Made by a program: the position numbers and the translations under genes | Assembly: GCF_009914755.1 (NCBI RefSeq) | Contig: NC_060927.1 | Origin: the human T2T-CHM13v2.0 reference genome, Homo sapiens | Direction: 5' to 3' (one strand) | Length of the DNA: 64,000 bases | Notes under the pieces: generated by a model | Seen by the model: the letters and a program-made list of their open reading frames with translations, nothing else | What the model was told of the DNA's origin: nothing | Databases searched by the model: none | Part shown: piece after piece, positions 18,501-33,366 of the stretch | Layout: each line of letters begins with the position of its first letter | Position numbering within the stretch: the stretch's first letter is position 1

Positions 18501-20998
18501 ATAAACTTAATATCAAATAAGTGCATCTAAAATTCACGATCAAGTTTAGTTACTGAGAAATAAATAGGTAGACAAGCGAGTAATTCTTACATTGCCTTAA
18601 CATTGATTGACATTTTAGAGAAAAGATCAAGACTTGAAAAAACAATACTTGGCACTATAGGGTTAAGTGTAAAGTTAAAAAAAAATCAGAGCTAAAGTCT
18701 GGGGATACAGAAGATTTTAAAAGAGAAAAACAAGGGAAGAGGTATCTATAACCTATCAACAAATTATTGCTGTTAGTGCTACCATCATATGAAAATATTC
18801 TGCAATAGTTTCAAAATACTCTGAAGGAGCAGAAGGCCATATGGTTATTGAACAAGATTAATTCATGCTGTGCCTGTGGAACACATTTGGGAGACCAATC
18901 CTTTCACAGAGTTATTAGCTTGTACTGGAGCTAGATGTCTGACATGCTCTAGTGCACATTAGAAATACTTAGAGACCTCCTTGAACAGCTTCTTTCTCTT
19001 CTCAGAGACACCCTCCCCTACCTGCCCCAATAGGAGAAGCAAAATGCCATCGTGTAGTGGCTTTACTACCTCTGGACTATGCCAGGAGTTCCAGATGCTT
19101 TATAGGACTCTGGGGACTGGGCATACAGCAAACTGTGCTGACTTCCACCAAACCAAGGAAGGCTGCTCCTGCCTGTCAGAGGTCACACTTCGGTGAAGTG
19201 TATTGTTAATCAAGTGGCCACCTGTACTTTTCAGTGAGTCATCATCAAGGAAACACTTGTGGATGGAAACATCTTAATTTTATAAGTACTAATTGAAATG
19301 TTCTACGACATTTTCAGCCTCCTGTGAACTGGCACCGTTTCTCTTAAATTTGAAGAGCAAAGCATACACAGTTAATAACACAAGGAAAGCAAAGAACACT
19401 TAAGAACCGGTGCTCTGCATTCAGGGAACCATATTTCCAACTCCCCTTTCAATCTAATTCTCTTGGAATTACAGAGCTCTTGTAAATATCAAAAGGACCA
19501 TTTACTTTCTTTGAGGAGAGGAGAAAAGTGCTCAGATGGAGCATCACACTTAGGTACAAAAATCAAAGCCTTCTTATGTTTCAGCTTTTCCATTAAGAAA
19601 ATAGAAACAGCTGAGAGAATGGCTGTCTTCTGAGGTCTTATTAGTAAAATGCAGAATTCTTTGACCCTTATGGAAGAAAATATGCACATCAATGTGTAAA
19701 TAAAAGGAAGAAAAATTAGCCATTTATGCAGCCTGCCCAGAATATATCACATTTCACTAGCTAGTGTTAAATAAAATGCTGAAATACAGAGCAGATGTAT
19801 TCTGGCTTAGCAAAAGAGTTGTGGCATAACATTCAAAAGGACAAAATTTATTCTAACCTTGTAGTGAAGTCAGGAAATTTTTCATTTGTACTATTAAAAC
19901 ACCGTTGAACAATAAGAAATTCCCAGAAAAATAAGAAATTCCCAGTACACACTTAGTTGCATCTTCCTTATTCTCAGACATTTATATATAAATGTTACTA
20001 AAAGTTATTTCTTTAAGCCATTGTCCCAAAGGTAAAAGCACAATACACACAAGGCTGTGGAAAGTTGGCCAAGATCTAGTAGTAAGTAGTGATGTTTTGT
20101 GTTTCATGCCAAAAACTGGAATTATTGCTGCTATTATAAGAAAGGGGAAAACAAGTGGCAAAGCTTTCTTTGGAAATGAATACATACTGGCTCCAGGGAG
20201 GATTGGAAGTCACCAATGCCATCCACGGACAATGTTACACAAAGCAAGCGTATTGAATGAGCCCACCTTTGTAATGGGAGGTAAGAAGACATGTGGGAAA
20301 ATGCTTTTCAGCACTAGACTACAGCTATATCTGAAATCGAGAACTCAAAGTGTGAGAGAAAGATATCCAGCTATCTGGGGAAACTGTTCCTGTCACTCAC
20401 TGGAGAGTAGAGCTGGGATGTGCTGGGGAGAGTCATCTTTCCAGCAAAAGAATTGGGATAGAATAATGGGACGAAGTTTTTTAAAGGACTTGTCTGTCCT
20501 TTTTACAATTTTGTGAGCAAGCATGAAAAGAGACCTCTGGTTCTGACTAAGGCCTGCCAGAAACCGAAGATCCACAAGAGTTAACAGTAAAACAGGATGG
20601 AGTCCTGTTACTTATCTTCCTAAAACTTTATTTCTATGTGTCTGAAGAGTGGCTGTGTTACAAACAAGAAGCTCGCATCTATTTGGGGGCATTTGCCTGA
20701 TTATATGAAAGAATTGTCAGATGGCGTCCTAAATAATAGAAATACGAAGGCTGTTCCTCTACAATTGCAGAGCCTAATGTTGGCAGGCACATTTATAACA
20801 GAGTAGTAAGAAAAATTCAAATCTAAATTTAGAGCATCTAAAGCATAAATTGAATGGAATGTCATTTCTTATTGATCTTTGTCAACCTATATTCTTTTGT
20901 GCCATATACATTTTATATCTCTCATTTCTCCCTTTTCCACATCTCATTTTATTGTACTTCTTTTATCTGACTGAAACTGAACCTTCTGTATTATTTGC

Positions 20999-21443
20999 TG
21001 TATTAGTTAGGATTGCACCCAAATTGCATGAGATAACAGTGGCTTTCCCGGATAAGAATTTACTCTGAAGTCTGAAGATAAGTCATAGTGGGCCTATGAA
21101 ACAGTGTCATGCTCATGATGTCAAAAAATGTCCCCAGCCAGCTTCAATTTTTCTCCCATGCCATCTTTAGCATATGGCTTTCATTCTGTTCATTCCAAGA
21201 TGACCACTATACCTATATACAACCCATCCACGTGCCAAAAAAGAAAAGAGGGGTGGAGGAGTCAAAAGAAACATGTCAGCTGAGCCTTTATGCTTTTAAA
21301 AATGTAAAGACGCTTGCATCTGTTTATAGCACATAGGCCAGAACTGGTTTACATGGTCACCCTATGGGATGGGACTGAGACAAATTGGAATTCTCCTTAG
21401 GAAAGAGAAATGGATTTGGGATAGGTAACTACTCTGTGCTTCA
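20999..21443 (-). mobile_element. Old MaLR LTR (MLT1K/L-like)
   Basis: TGTATTAGTTAGGAT start; GGCCAGAACT...ACATGGTCACCC; TGGAT..GGGATAGGTAACT end. Confidence 0.6.
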
Positions 21444-21592
21444 GTGACCCTCCAAGTTAATGTTGTGTTTCTGCCCCCCGTTTTATTTACAATTGCACAG
21501 TTAGATTGCAATCTGTTCAATCACATCATTGGTTTATTGTACAGCCTTTTTCCAAAAAAGCATTTAAAATACCTGATTCTAACTCAATATAA

Positions 21593-21790
21593 CAGTGATG
21601 TTCAAAGTTTATTGTGCATTGGCAGCATGTGGAGGGCTTGCTAAAACACAGATGGTTAAAACTCTGGGCCCTACTCCTAGAGTTTCTGATCCGGGAGGTC
21701 TAGAATGAGGTCTAAGAATTTGCACAATTAACAGTTCACAGATAATACTGATGCTGCTGGTCCAAGGGCCACACTTTAAAGAGAGCAGTA
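21593..21790. mobile_element. MER5A (hAT-Charlie)
   Basis: GGAGGGCTTGCTAAAACACAGAT..CTGGGCCCTACTCCTAGAGTTTCTGAT...GATGCTGCTGGTCC..GGCCACACTTT. Confidence 0.85.
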
Positions 21791-21929
21791 TTTGGAATTT
21801 TACAGGGAGATTTTAGAAAATATAGTTAGATTTCCAAAGCCGAACTTTGGTGGGTCATGCTTTCTACATCTATACAGGTTATGGCATGTTCTTTGCTTAT
21901 TAAAGAGGCTATGGAAAGGTCCAAAGAAT

Positions 21930-23620
21930 TAATACTTTATATAATATATTATGTTTGATGTTATAAACAATAAATAGTTATACTCAGTGCAAATATTTCA
22001 AACAACAGAGAGAGACAAAATGTTTCTGTTGACCACAGACACCAGGCCCAGTCCCTCAATCCCTTCCATAGAGATGACCCCTGTGAACAATATAATATAT
22101 ATTTTTCCAGACTTTTTTAATGCAATTATGCTGTAATAGAATTTATATATACACAATTATGTTAAAATATTGTATAAATGCATGGCATTTAAAATGTAAA
22201 TGTGTGTCATACTATACGCATTTTTGTAGGCTTGCTTTTGTCTGCTTAAAAATATCTTACAATTTTTTCATGAAATAGTTTTTTAGAGTTAGAAATGCAG
22301 GCTCTGTAAAATAGCAACATTCAGCAACCTATTATTGAGTGTGGGCTGTATTAATTCTAGAAGTGCAGGCGATATAAGTTGTTATATAAAAAATTTAACA
22401 ACCATTTTCAGTTCATGTAGGAAATATCTAAGTAAACTTTTTGTGTTTTAACGTATTTCTTTTTAGGTAGGTTTTTTCTTTCTTACACAGGGAAAAATTA
22501 GGTAGTTTATCAGTTTTTCCAAAGTTCATGACTATTTGATAACTTGGCAATATAATGAATGTTTAAAATAATATTGATTGCATTTTTATGTTTATAAAAG
22601 TGATACATATTTACAATAGCAAATTAGAAACATAAAAGTAAAAAAATTCAATGAAATGGCAGACAACCAAACATGGAGACATATCTAGTATCAATGTTTT
22701 ACTTTCTTTCTGATACCTATCTAACCTTATAACATACACACATATGGAAATATATATGAATCTATATTTTGAATCATGTCGTTTATACATTGCATTCTCC
22801 TTTTTCCACTCACTATGACATCGTGAGAATTTCATGTCATTTAAAAATTCTGGAAGCCTAACAATATTTCTATACTATTCTTTTTTCAAATTTATTTATT
22901 ATAAAAATTATGTGTAAATTGTATGTATTTATTACGTATAACATAATGCTTTCAAGTGTATATAAATTGTGGAATGGTTAAATCTAGCTAAATAACAAAT
23001 ACATTACCTCACAAAGTTATTTTTGTGATGAGATCAATATCAATATTCTATTATAAAGAGCCTAACTTAACTTTCCTCCTTGCTTATAAACATCTGTTTT
23101 GTTTTAAATTTGCCATCCCTGTTTATTGCCATAAACATTCTAATTCATTAGGATTATTTCCATAGGCTAGATTCCTAGTAATTATATTACTAACCTAAAG
23201 GATATGAATATACTTAGCCTCTATTACTTATCACCAAATTATCATCTAGTTAATAAGATTTCCTATAATATAATTTTGCCAGCATGAAATATCATTTAAA
23301 ACCATAAGACAAAGTGCTATTTCGTTGTATTTTACTTTACATATTTTTATCACAAATAATAATTTTTTCAATTGGCAATTTATTTTCTTATTTAGTGAAA
23401 TGTCTTATTTTCCATTGAAAATTTTGTGTTACAGTATTGATTGGTATGTCTACAATTACATATTATAGTTATTAACTTGTTATTCTTTATATCCCTGAAA
23501 ATTTTTTGTCTTTTTTCTTTTTTGAACAAAATTAAAGTTATGAATATATTTAGTCAACTTTATGAATATTTTCGTTGTGAATTCATATCTTGCTTTCATA
23601 CTTAAAAAGTCTAAACATTT
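21930..23620 (-). mobile_element. Decayed L1ME fragments plus a short L1MA 3' end (~22880-23033)
   Basis: L1MA antisense TTGTGGAATGGTTAAATCTAGCTAAATAACA..CATTACCTCACA; flanks resemble L1ME 3' end. Confidence 0.6.
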
Positions 23621-23621
23621 C

Positions 23622-23927
<306 letters not shown>

Positions 23928-23981
23928 AAAAAGTCTTCAAACATTTCAAAATACATATTCTCCTATATTTCATACTTACGG

Positions 23982-24293
23982 TTTCTTTTTTCTTTATTTA
24001 TTTTCTTTTTTTGAGGTGGAGTTTCTCTTTTGTCACCCATGCTGGAGTGCAATGGCACGATCTTGGCTCACTGCAACCTTTGCCTCCTGGGTTCAAGTAA
24101 TTCCCTGCATCAGCCTCCCAAGTAGCTGGGATTACAGGCGTGCATCACCACACCTGGCTAATTTTTTATTTTTAGTAGAGACGGGGTTTCATCATTTTGG
24201 TCAAACTGTTCTGAAACTCCTGACCTCAGGTGATCCGCCCACCTCGGCCTCCGAAAGTGCTAGGATTACAGGTATGAGCCACCGCTCCTGGCC
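23982..24293 (-). mobile_element. AluSp/Sq-like
   Basis: T-rich tail then GAGGTGGAGTTTCTCTTTTGTCACCC..GGAGTGCAATGG...CCTGGCC. Confidence 0.97.
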
Positions 24294-24579
24294 TTTTTTA
24301 TCTTTCTGTAGATAATTGTTTTATCTTCCAAGAACTAATTTTAATATTAGGTTAACTTTAACATAAAGTATAATATTAGATATTAGGTTAACTTTTTCTT
24401 CATTGTTAACCAATTAACAGTATCATTTATTAAGAAATAATTTTATTTGCTATTAATTTGTAATGCAACATTTTAATATACTAAATATATTTAATAGTAA
24501 AATTTATCACAATGTCAGTCTGAATCATTGGTTTGTCTCTCTATTCTTGTTGTAGTTTCATATTATTTTGATAATCAAA

Positions 24580-27110
24580 ACAATTGCATTCTCACTAACA
24601 GTGTATAAGTGTTCCATTTTCTCCACACCCTCACCAAAGTTTATCTGTCTTTTTAATAGTAGCCATCCTAACAGGTGTGAGGTGGTATCTCATTGTGGTT
24701 TTGATTTGCATTTTTTCTGATGATTACTGATGCTAAGCATCTTCTCATTTACCTATTGGCCATTTGTGTGTCTTCTTTAGAAAAATGTCTATTCAGGTCC
24801 TTTGCTTATTTTTAAGTCAAGTTGATTTTGTTTTCCTTTTTTCTTCTTTTGCTATTAAGTTGTGTGAGTTCCTTATATATTGTGAATATTTGCCACTTAT
24901 CAGATATACAGTTTGCAAGTATTTTGTCTCATTTTGTAGGCTACCTTTTCTTTTTGTTGATTATTTCCTTTGTTCTGCAGAAGCTAGTTTTACCTAGTCC
25001 TACTTGTTTATTTTTTCTTTTGTTGCCTGTGCTTTTGGTGTCATAGCAAAAAAAAAATTGCCAAAACCAACATCAAGGAGGTTTTCCCCAATGTTTTCTT
25101 TTAGGGGTTTTACAATTTCAGATCTTACATTTAGGTATTTAATACATTTTGAGTTAATTTTTGCATATGGTATAAGACAAGAGTCGAACGTTATTACTTT
25201 GCATTTGGATACACAGTTTTTCCACCACCACCCACTTATTCATAGTGTATGATCATTTTAATGTGCTGTTGAATTTGGTTTGCTCATATTTTGTCGAATA
25301 TTTTTGCATATATGTCCATTAGGAATATTGGTCTGTAATTTACTTGTAGTGTCTTTACCTGGCTTTGTTATGAAGATAATACTAAACTTATTTTTCCTCC
25401 TCTTTAATATTTTGAAAGAATTTTAGGATTGACATTAATTCTTTAGGTGACTGGTGATATTTATCCATGAAGCCATTTGGTCCTGGACTTCCTTTGTTGC
25501 GAGTTTTTTTTGAAATTTTATTTCTTTTTGATACAGTCTTGGTAGTTTGCATGCTTCTAGGAGTTTATTAATTTCTTCTAATTTATCCAATTTGTTGGCA
25601 TTTAATTGTTCATAGTAGTCTCCTATTATTCTTTGTATTTCTGTGGTATCACTTGTAAAGCGTTTTCTTTCATTTATTTTTATTTATTTGAGTCCTCTAT
25701 CTTTTTTTATTGGTTAGTCTAGATAAAGTTTTGTCAGTTTTATCTTTTCAAAGAACCAACTGTCAATTTCTTTCATAGTTTTCTTGCTTTTCTAGTCTCT
25801 ATTTTGTTTATTTCTGCTCTGATCTTTTTATTTCAGTTACTTCTTCTCCAATCTGTATTATTTCTGCTCTAATCTTTGATCTTTGTTCCTTCTGCTAACT
25901 TTGAGCTTAGTTTGTTCTTCTTTTTCTTGTTATTTGAGGTGTGCAATTAAGCTAATTATTTGAGTTTTTTTTTTTACATGTAGGCATTTATTACTGTAAA
26001 CTTTCCTCTTAAAACTTCTCTTTGTTGCATCCTATGTGTTTTGGTATGTTGTGTTTCCATTTTTCTTTCTCTCAAAATACTTTTGATTTGATTTTCCTTT
26101 TGACTTTTTTCTTTGATCCATTCATTTTTCAGGAATGTGTTGTCTAATTTTCATAAACTTGTAATTTTTTTTCCTTTTATACGTTGTGGTCAGAAAAGAT
26201 ACTTGATATGATGTCAATCTTCTTAAATTTGTTAGGATTTGTTTTGTGGCTCAAAGTATAATTTATCTTTAAAAATATTTCATGTGCACTTGAGGAAGAA
26301 TGTATATTCTGATGCTGTTGGATGAAATGCTCTGTATATGTCTGTTAGGCCCATTTGGTCTATAGGGTTATTGAAGTCAGCTATTTCCTTATTGATTTTC
26401 TGCCTACATAATCAATCCATTGTTGAAGATGGGGTGTTGAAGTTCCATGCTATTGTTGTTTGCTCTCTATTTCTTCCTTCAATTATGTTAATATGTTTAT
26501 GTACTCTAATATTAGGTGCATGTATATTTACAATTGTTATATCCTCTTGACAAATTGACCCATTTATCATTATATAGTGACCTGCTTTGTATCTTGAAAG
26601 AATTTGAAATTTTTTTGTTTATTATAAGCATGGCAACCCTGCTCTCTTTTGGTTACCATTTGCATAAAATATCTTTTTCCATTCCTTCACTTTCACCCTA
26701 TGTGTTTCCTTAAGGCTAAAATGAGTCTCTTCTAGTCAGCACATTGCTGCACCTTGTTTTTTATTTATTCGGCCACTTTGTGTCTTTTGATTGGATAATC
26801 TAATACATTTACTTTTAAAGTAGTCATTGATAACTATTTGATGTTGACATTTTGTTACTTATTTTCTGAATATTTTATAATTCTTTTGTTCAATTATTTA
26901 TTTCTTGCTGTATTCCTGTAATTTGTTGATTTTTATAGCGATATGTTTTGATTTATTCCTTTTTTATATTTTGTTTTCCTACTAGTGGTTTTTTTCCTTT
27001 GTGGTTACCATGGAGCTTACATAAAATATCTTATAATTATAACTATAATCTATAATTATAACTAATAACTATATCTATTTTAGTCTGGTAACAACTTAAA
27101 CTTCAGTTGC
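24580..27110 (-). mobile_element. L1MA/MB ORF2 remnant with internal deletions
   Basis: TAGCCATCCTAACAGGTGTGAGGTGGTATCTCATTGTGGTTTTGATTTGCAT; GTGGTCAGAAAAGATACTTGATATGAT; TTGACCCATTTATCATTATATA. Confidence 0.88.
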
Positions 27111-27199
27111 TGTTTCAATGGACCTTAGTCCCAATACACAATGTTCTTTGGTTAAGCCATGATTTGAGGAGGAAGTCTCTGTTCTATTTGCTTAGCAGT

Positions 27200-27480
27200 C
27201 ATTGACATCAACTTCAGTCATAACATGAGTTATCACTGTCAGTGTTGGCCTTGATCACCTCACTAAAGTAATGTCTATCAGATTTCCCCACTGTAAAGTT
27301 ACTCCTTTTTACTCCCTCTCCCTACTATGTTCTTGGGAAAAACATCAGTATGTGCAGTCCATACCCAAAGAGTGGAGAGGTGGGAATTATGCACACCCTC
27401 CTTTAGGGCAAAGTATATTATTCAAGTGATTGTAGATATCCACAAAAATAGTAACTATCTCTTTATACTACCAATATTTT
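27200..27480 (-). mobile_element. L1MC/MD 3'UTR fragment
   Basis: CCTTGATCACCT..TAAAGTAATGTCT..CAGATTTCCCCACTGTAAAGTTACT. Confidence 0.7.
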
Positions 27481-27806
27481 TCAAACTGTATAAAGTGAGA
27501 GTTTCTTTCTTCTGTAAAATGAATTTAATCTCTAGTCAGTGAAAAGATTTATGAGCCATAATGATGTTTACAGGATGAAAAACACACAATATGAGGTTCA
27601 CAGAGAGGAACAAAATGATAAGTGAAAATGTATTAATTGCTTAGACTTGCAGCGTTGTATAAGGGCATGTATTTATGTTTACTTAGCAACATTTGAAAAT
27701 AAATTATTTTATGAAAATATGAAAGCTACTAAAAGGTCAAAATTTTAAAGAGCGCTAAATATAACTTCAGAATACATCTTTTCCCTGCCTAACTTTTGTT
27801 AAGTAG

Positions 27807-29880
<2,074 letters not shown>

Positions 29881-30096
29881 TAGGTCACTATATTTACTAT
29901 TACAGCAGATGAATTTTGATTTATGCACAAAAATAAGTGGGGTAAATTAATGATAAAAGAGGGCCATTTTGAGTTTCTGATTTATTACACAGTCAGCAAT
30001 ATTGTGGAGTTTTCAAAAGAATAATTCTGTGAAATGACTGTAGAATCACCACAAGTTCTTTGCATTCTTTTTACATGACTTTGTATAATATGTATG

Positions 30097-30464
30097 TGTG
30101 ATGGTTAATATTGAGTGTCAACTTGATTGGATTGGAGGATGCAAAGTATTCTTCCTGGATGTATCTGTGAGGATGTTGCCAAAGGAGATTAACACTTGAG
30201 TCAATGGACTGGGAGAGGCAGATCCGCTCTCAGTCTGGGTGGGCACCATCTAATCAGCTGCCAGCACAAAAGCAGGTATGAAAAGAGCAGACTGACTGAA
30301 TCTTCTGTCCTCCATCTTTCTCCCATACTGAATGCTTCTTGTCCTCAAACATCAGACTCCAAGTTCTTCAGCTTTTGGACTCTTGGACTTACATTAGTGG
30401 TTTGCCAGGGGCTTTTGGACCTTAGACCACAGATCGAAGGCTGCACTGTTGACTTCCCTACTTT
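30097..30464 (+). mobile_element. MLT2A (HERV-L LTR, MLT2A2-like), 3' part missing
   Basis: TGTGATGGTTAATATTGAGTGTCAACTTGATTGGATTG..GGATGCAAAGTATT...GAAGGCTGCACTGTTGACTTCCCTACTTT. Confidence 0.93.
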
Positions 30465-31800
30465 GTTTTATTTTAAGTTTTGGGGTACATGTGCAGGATG
30501 TGTAGATTTGTTACCTAAAGTTGGGCCATGGCGGTTTGCTGCACCTAACAACCCATCACCTAGATATTAAGCCTCACATGCTTAACTATTTATCCTGATG
30601 CTCTCCCTCCCCCTCCCCCCTTGATAGGCTCCCGTGTGTGATTTTCCCTTCCCTGTGTCCATGTGTTCTAATTGTTCGGCTTCCACTTATAAATGAGAAT
30701 ATGTGGTGTTTGGTTTTCTGTTCCATTGTTAGTTTGCTAAATATAATGGCCTCCAGCTTCATCCACGTCCCTGCAAAGGACATGATCCTGTTTTTTTATG
30801 GCTGTGTAGTATTCCATAATTTATATGTATCACATTTTCTTTATACAGCCTATTGTTAATGGGCATTTAGGTTGATTCCATGTCTTTGCTATTGTGAATA
30901 GTGCTGAAATGAATATATGCGTGTGTGTCTTTATAATAGAATGATTCATATTCTTTGGGTATACCCAGTAATGGGATTGCTGGGTCAAATGGTATTTCTA
31001 TCTTTAGATCTTTGAGGATTCATCACACGGTATTCCACAATAGTTGAACTAATTTACACTCTCAACAACTGTCTATAAGCATTCCTTTTTCTCCACAACT
31101 TTGTCAGCATCTGTTGTTTTTTGTCTTTTAATAATCATCATTCTGACTGGTGTTAGATGGTATCTCATTGTGGTTTTAATTTGTATGTCTCTAATGATCA
31201 GCAATGATGAGCTTTTTTCATGATTGTTGGCTACATGTATGTCTTCTTTTGAGAAGTGTCTGTTCATATTCTTTGCCCATCTTTTAATGGGGTTGTTTGA
31301 TTTTTTCTTGAAAATTCGTTTAAATTCTTGATTTTTTTCTTGTAAATTTGTTAAATTCCTTATAGATGCTAGGCTTTTGTCAGATGCATAGTGTGCAAAC
31401 ATTTTCTCCCATTCTGTAGGTGTCTGTTAACTCTGTTGATAGTTTCTTTTGCTGTGCAGAAGCTCTTTAGGATAATTAGACCTCATTCGTCAATTTTTGC
31501 TTTTGTTGTGATTACTTTTGGCATCTTTGTTGTGAAATCTTTGCCTGTGCCTATGTCCTGAGTGGTATTGCCTAGATTGTCTTCCAGGGTTTTTATATTT
31601 TAGGGTTTTGCATTTACGTGTTTACCCTATCTTGAGTTAATTTTTGTATATGATGTGAGGAAGAGGTCCAGTTTCAATTTTCTGCACATGGCTAGCTAGT
31701 CATCCCAGCCCAATTTATTGGATAGAGAGTCCTTTCCTCGTTGGTTGTTTTGTCATGTTTGTTGAAGATCAGACAGTTGTAGGTGTGCAGTCTTATTTCT
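30462..31800 (-). mobile_element. 5'-truncated L1PA (roughly L1PA10-13), 3'UTR and ORF2 C-terminus
   Basis: Minus ORFs MSFAGTWMKLEAIIFSKL and [13 protein letters not shown]...[13 protein letters not shown]; ~31-bp tandem duplication near 31298-31360. Confidence 0.95.
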
Positions 31801-32689
31801 ACATTTTAATTGGCTAAATGTCTTGTATCATTTTTAATAACTCCAGTTTTGTTCCCCTTAGGTATGGAAAAATAATATATTATTTAGCTACTTATTAGTC
31901 CCTCTCATAGCACCCCACAGCTGTAGAAAATTTAAAGATTATTTACAAAACAATTTCAATATATTATCTTACTTGAATCTTACAATTTTAGGGGTTTTTC
32001 AGAAGTTTTAGTATATAAACACATGATATGCACATAATATGACTTTATGAAATAACAGCTAAATAATCTTAACTTTACTACCAACTGGTGGGTCAGACTG
32101 TTGACACAATAATACAACAAGCTCTACTGAGCACCTATTGCATACTAGGCATTGTGTAAATTACTGTGGATTAAAGAGATTTTAGGAGATCACAATGTAA
32201 TGATTCAAGGCTGTTCAGTGGCTGAGTTGGGAAGAGAAATTAGAATTCCCACTAGGCAGAGAATCCCATGGACTAAAATTCCCGTTGCAGAAAGTTCTAT
32301 CCAGAAGGTTTTATCTGGAAACCTCCGTGCACTGGAAAGAAAACAACATGTGGCATAACACACCTGGATTATTGCAAGAGCATCCTGGTTTAGCTCTCTG
32401 CTCTGTAACCTTACCTTACTATCCCTCCTGTGCAGTGTTTTTGTATTAGATGAACATTTGCAAAACATGAAATATATTACTTCTCTGCTAAAAGCTTCCG
32501 GCTTTTCTTCACGCCACTTTGCCTACATCATAACTCTTCTTCTTCTTTCTTCTTCTGGATAAAATATATCTCTTTCAGTCTGGACATATTGAGAGTCACT
32601 ATTACTGGTTCCCACCATACTAATTCAATTACTTCTGGGAATCACATCTTCAATCCCTCCACATGATCTCTGAACATAAACATACTCTT

Positions 32690-33108
32690 AATAAATCTGA
32701 AGGCTTTGATTATCACTTCCCTACACGCCACTTGGAATATATTTTCTTATATTTTCTACATATTCTAGTGAGACTTTCTTCTTTCTTTTATCATGGACCT
32801 TATTAAAAGTTTGACTAAATTGATGCCATACTCCTGAAACTCACCTTTGCACTGGTTGATAAGAAATCTTGGTATATTCTAATGCAAATTATCCTTCAAG
32901 ACCCAACCACCTAACTCTAATTTCATCTCCCTGATTACTTCTTCAATGACATGTTAATTGCTTTCTTCTGTAAATTGCCATGACAGTTAATCTCTCCTTG
33001 ATCACAGTCCATGTGTACTTCAAGATCCTAAAAATCAATTTTTCACATATTTTGTAGTTCTCTTTATATTTAGCACAAAATACTTTGCTAACATTTGTTA
33101 AATGAATA
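32690..33108 (+). mobile_element. Decayed L2 3' fragment
   Basis: ATCCTTCAAGACCCAA; terminal TAGCACA...ACATTTGTTAAATGAAT. Confidence 0.5.
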
Positions 33109-33187
33109 CAGATCTTTTAAATTATAGCAAATAGTCTTCAAGTTCCTAGGAATTTGAAGCAAGTAAAAAATCTTATTAAGGTCTATG

Positions 33188-33366
33188 GTAGTGTTTCTTT
33201 ACCTTTAATGTCTTCCAGAATAAACTGGGAAGTTTTAAAATATTCAAGCTCTTACCTAAGGATTCAGATTCAGTATGTCTGGAAGATACCACGAGATTCA
33301 TGGTAGTCGTTGTTTGTTTTATGCTCCACAGAGAGTTCTTACCTGTAGTCATGGTGGATAACTATT
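33188..33366. mobile_element. MER5-like hAT-Charlie relic
   Basis: GTGTTTCTT..CTTTAATG..CAGAATAAACTGGGAAGTTTTAAAATA..GATTCAGATTCAGTA.GTCTGG. Confidence 0.55.
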
